From Amoebidium appalachense (taxonomy: Eukaryota > Protista > Ichthyosporea), in NCBI GenBank assembly GCA_963693365.1, contig CAVNZM010000002.1, positions 13,115,615 through 13,179,614 of the forward strand: 64,000 nt of DNA, read 5' to 3'. This document shows, piece after piece, positions 63,844 through 64,000 of the stretch. The position numbers and the translations under genes were made by a program. How positions within the stretch are numbered: the stretch's first letter is position 1; every line of letters starts with the position of its first letter. Under the pieces are notes generated by a model. That model did no database searches. It was given only the letters and a program-made list of their open reading frames with translations, and was not told where the DNA came from.

Positions 63844-64000
63844 CTGTTTCCCAGGGAAAAAAATTGTTTAAAAATGTCCACGTTCCGAAACAGCAAACCC
63901 CCCCCCCCCCCCCCCTTTTATTTTTTCTTCACTCCCCCCCCCCTCCCTCTTCCCAATAATAAAAAAATCACCGCTTGCCTTTATTGCAAACGTCCCGTGT

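Overview
This is eukaryotic nuclear DNA with dense introns. Introns are packed with poly-G/poly-C, (CA)n/(GT)n and (GA)n tracts, so almost all ORFs in the supplied track are microsatellite artefacts. The style suggests a unicellular holozoan or protist, but that is only inference. Manual GT-AG splicing gives: a secreted subtilisin S8 protease with 8 EGF repeats (3'-partial), MTO1/GidA (18 exons), a four-CBS-domain protein (10 exons) and beta'-COP/COPB2 (5'-partial). Also present are a J-domain terminal exon with an in-frame TAG, a frameshifted duplicate of MTO1 exon 1, an intronless prepropeptide-like ORF and an intronless beta-helix gene with a homopolymer frameshift. The most striking signal is a dispersed non-coding repeat superfamily with about 15 copies in 3-4 subfamilies. 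All copies are intronic, 14 of 15 are sense to the host gene, and most have a fixed 3' end on a poly-C tract with a variable 5' truncation. Their 150-160 nt core folds into a covarying multi-helix, doubly pseudoknotted RNA. It contains all hammerhead core motifs (CUGANGA, CGAAAC, GUU plus stem I) but in a non-canonical strand order, making it a candidate new ribozyme-bearing, poly-C-targeting retroelement. All structures were paired by eye and no searches were run.
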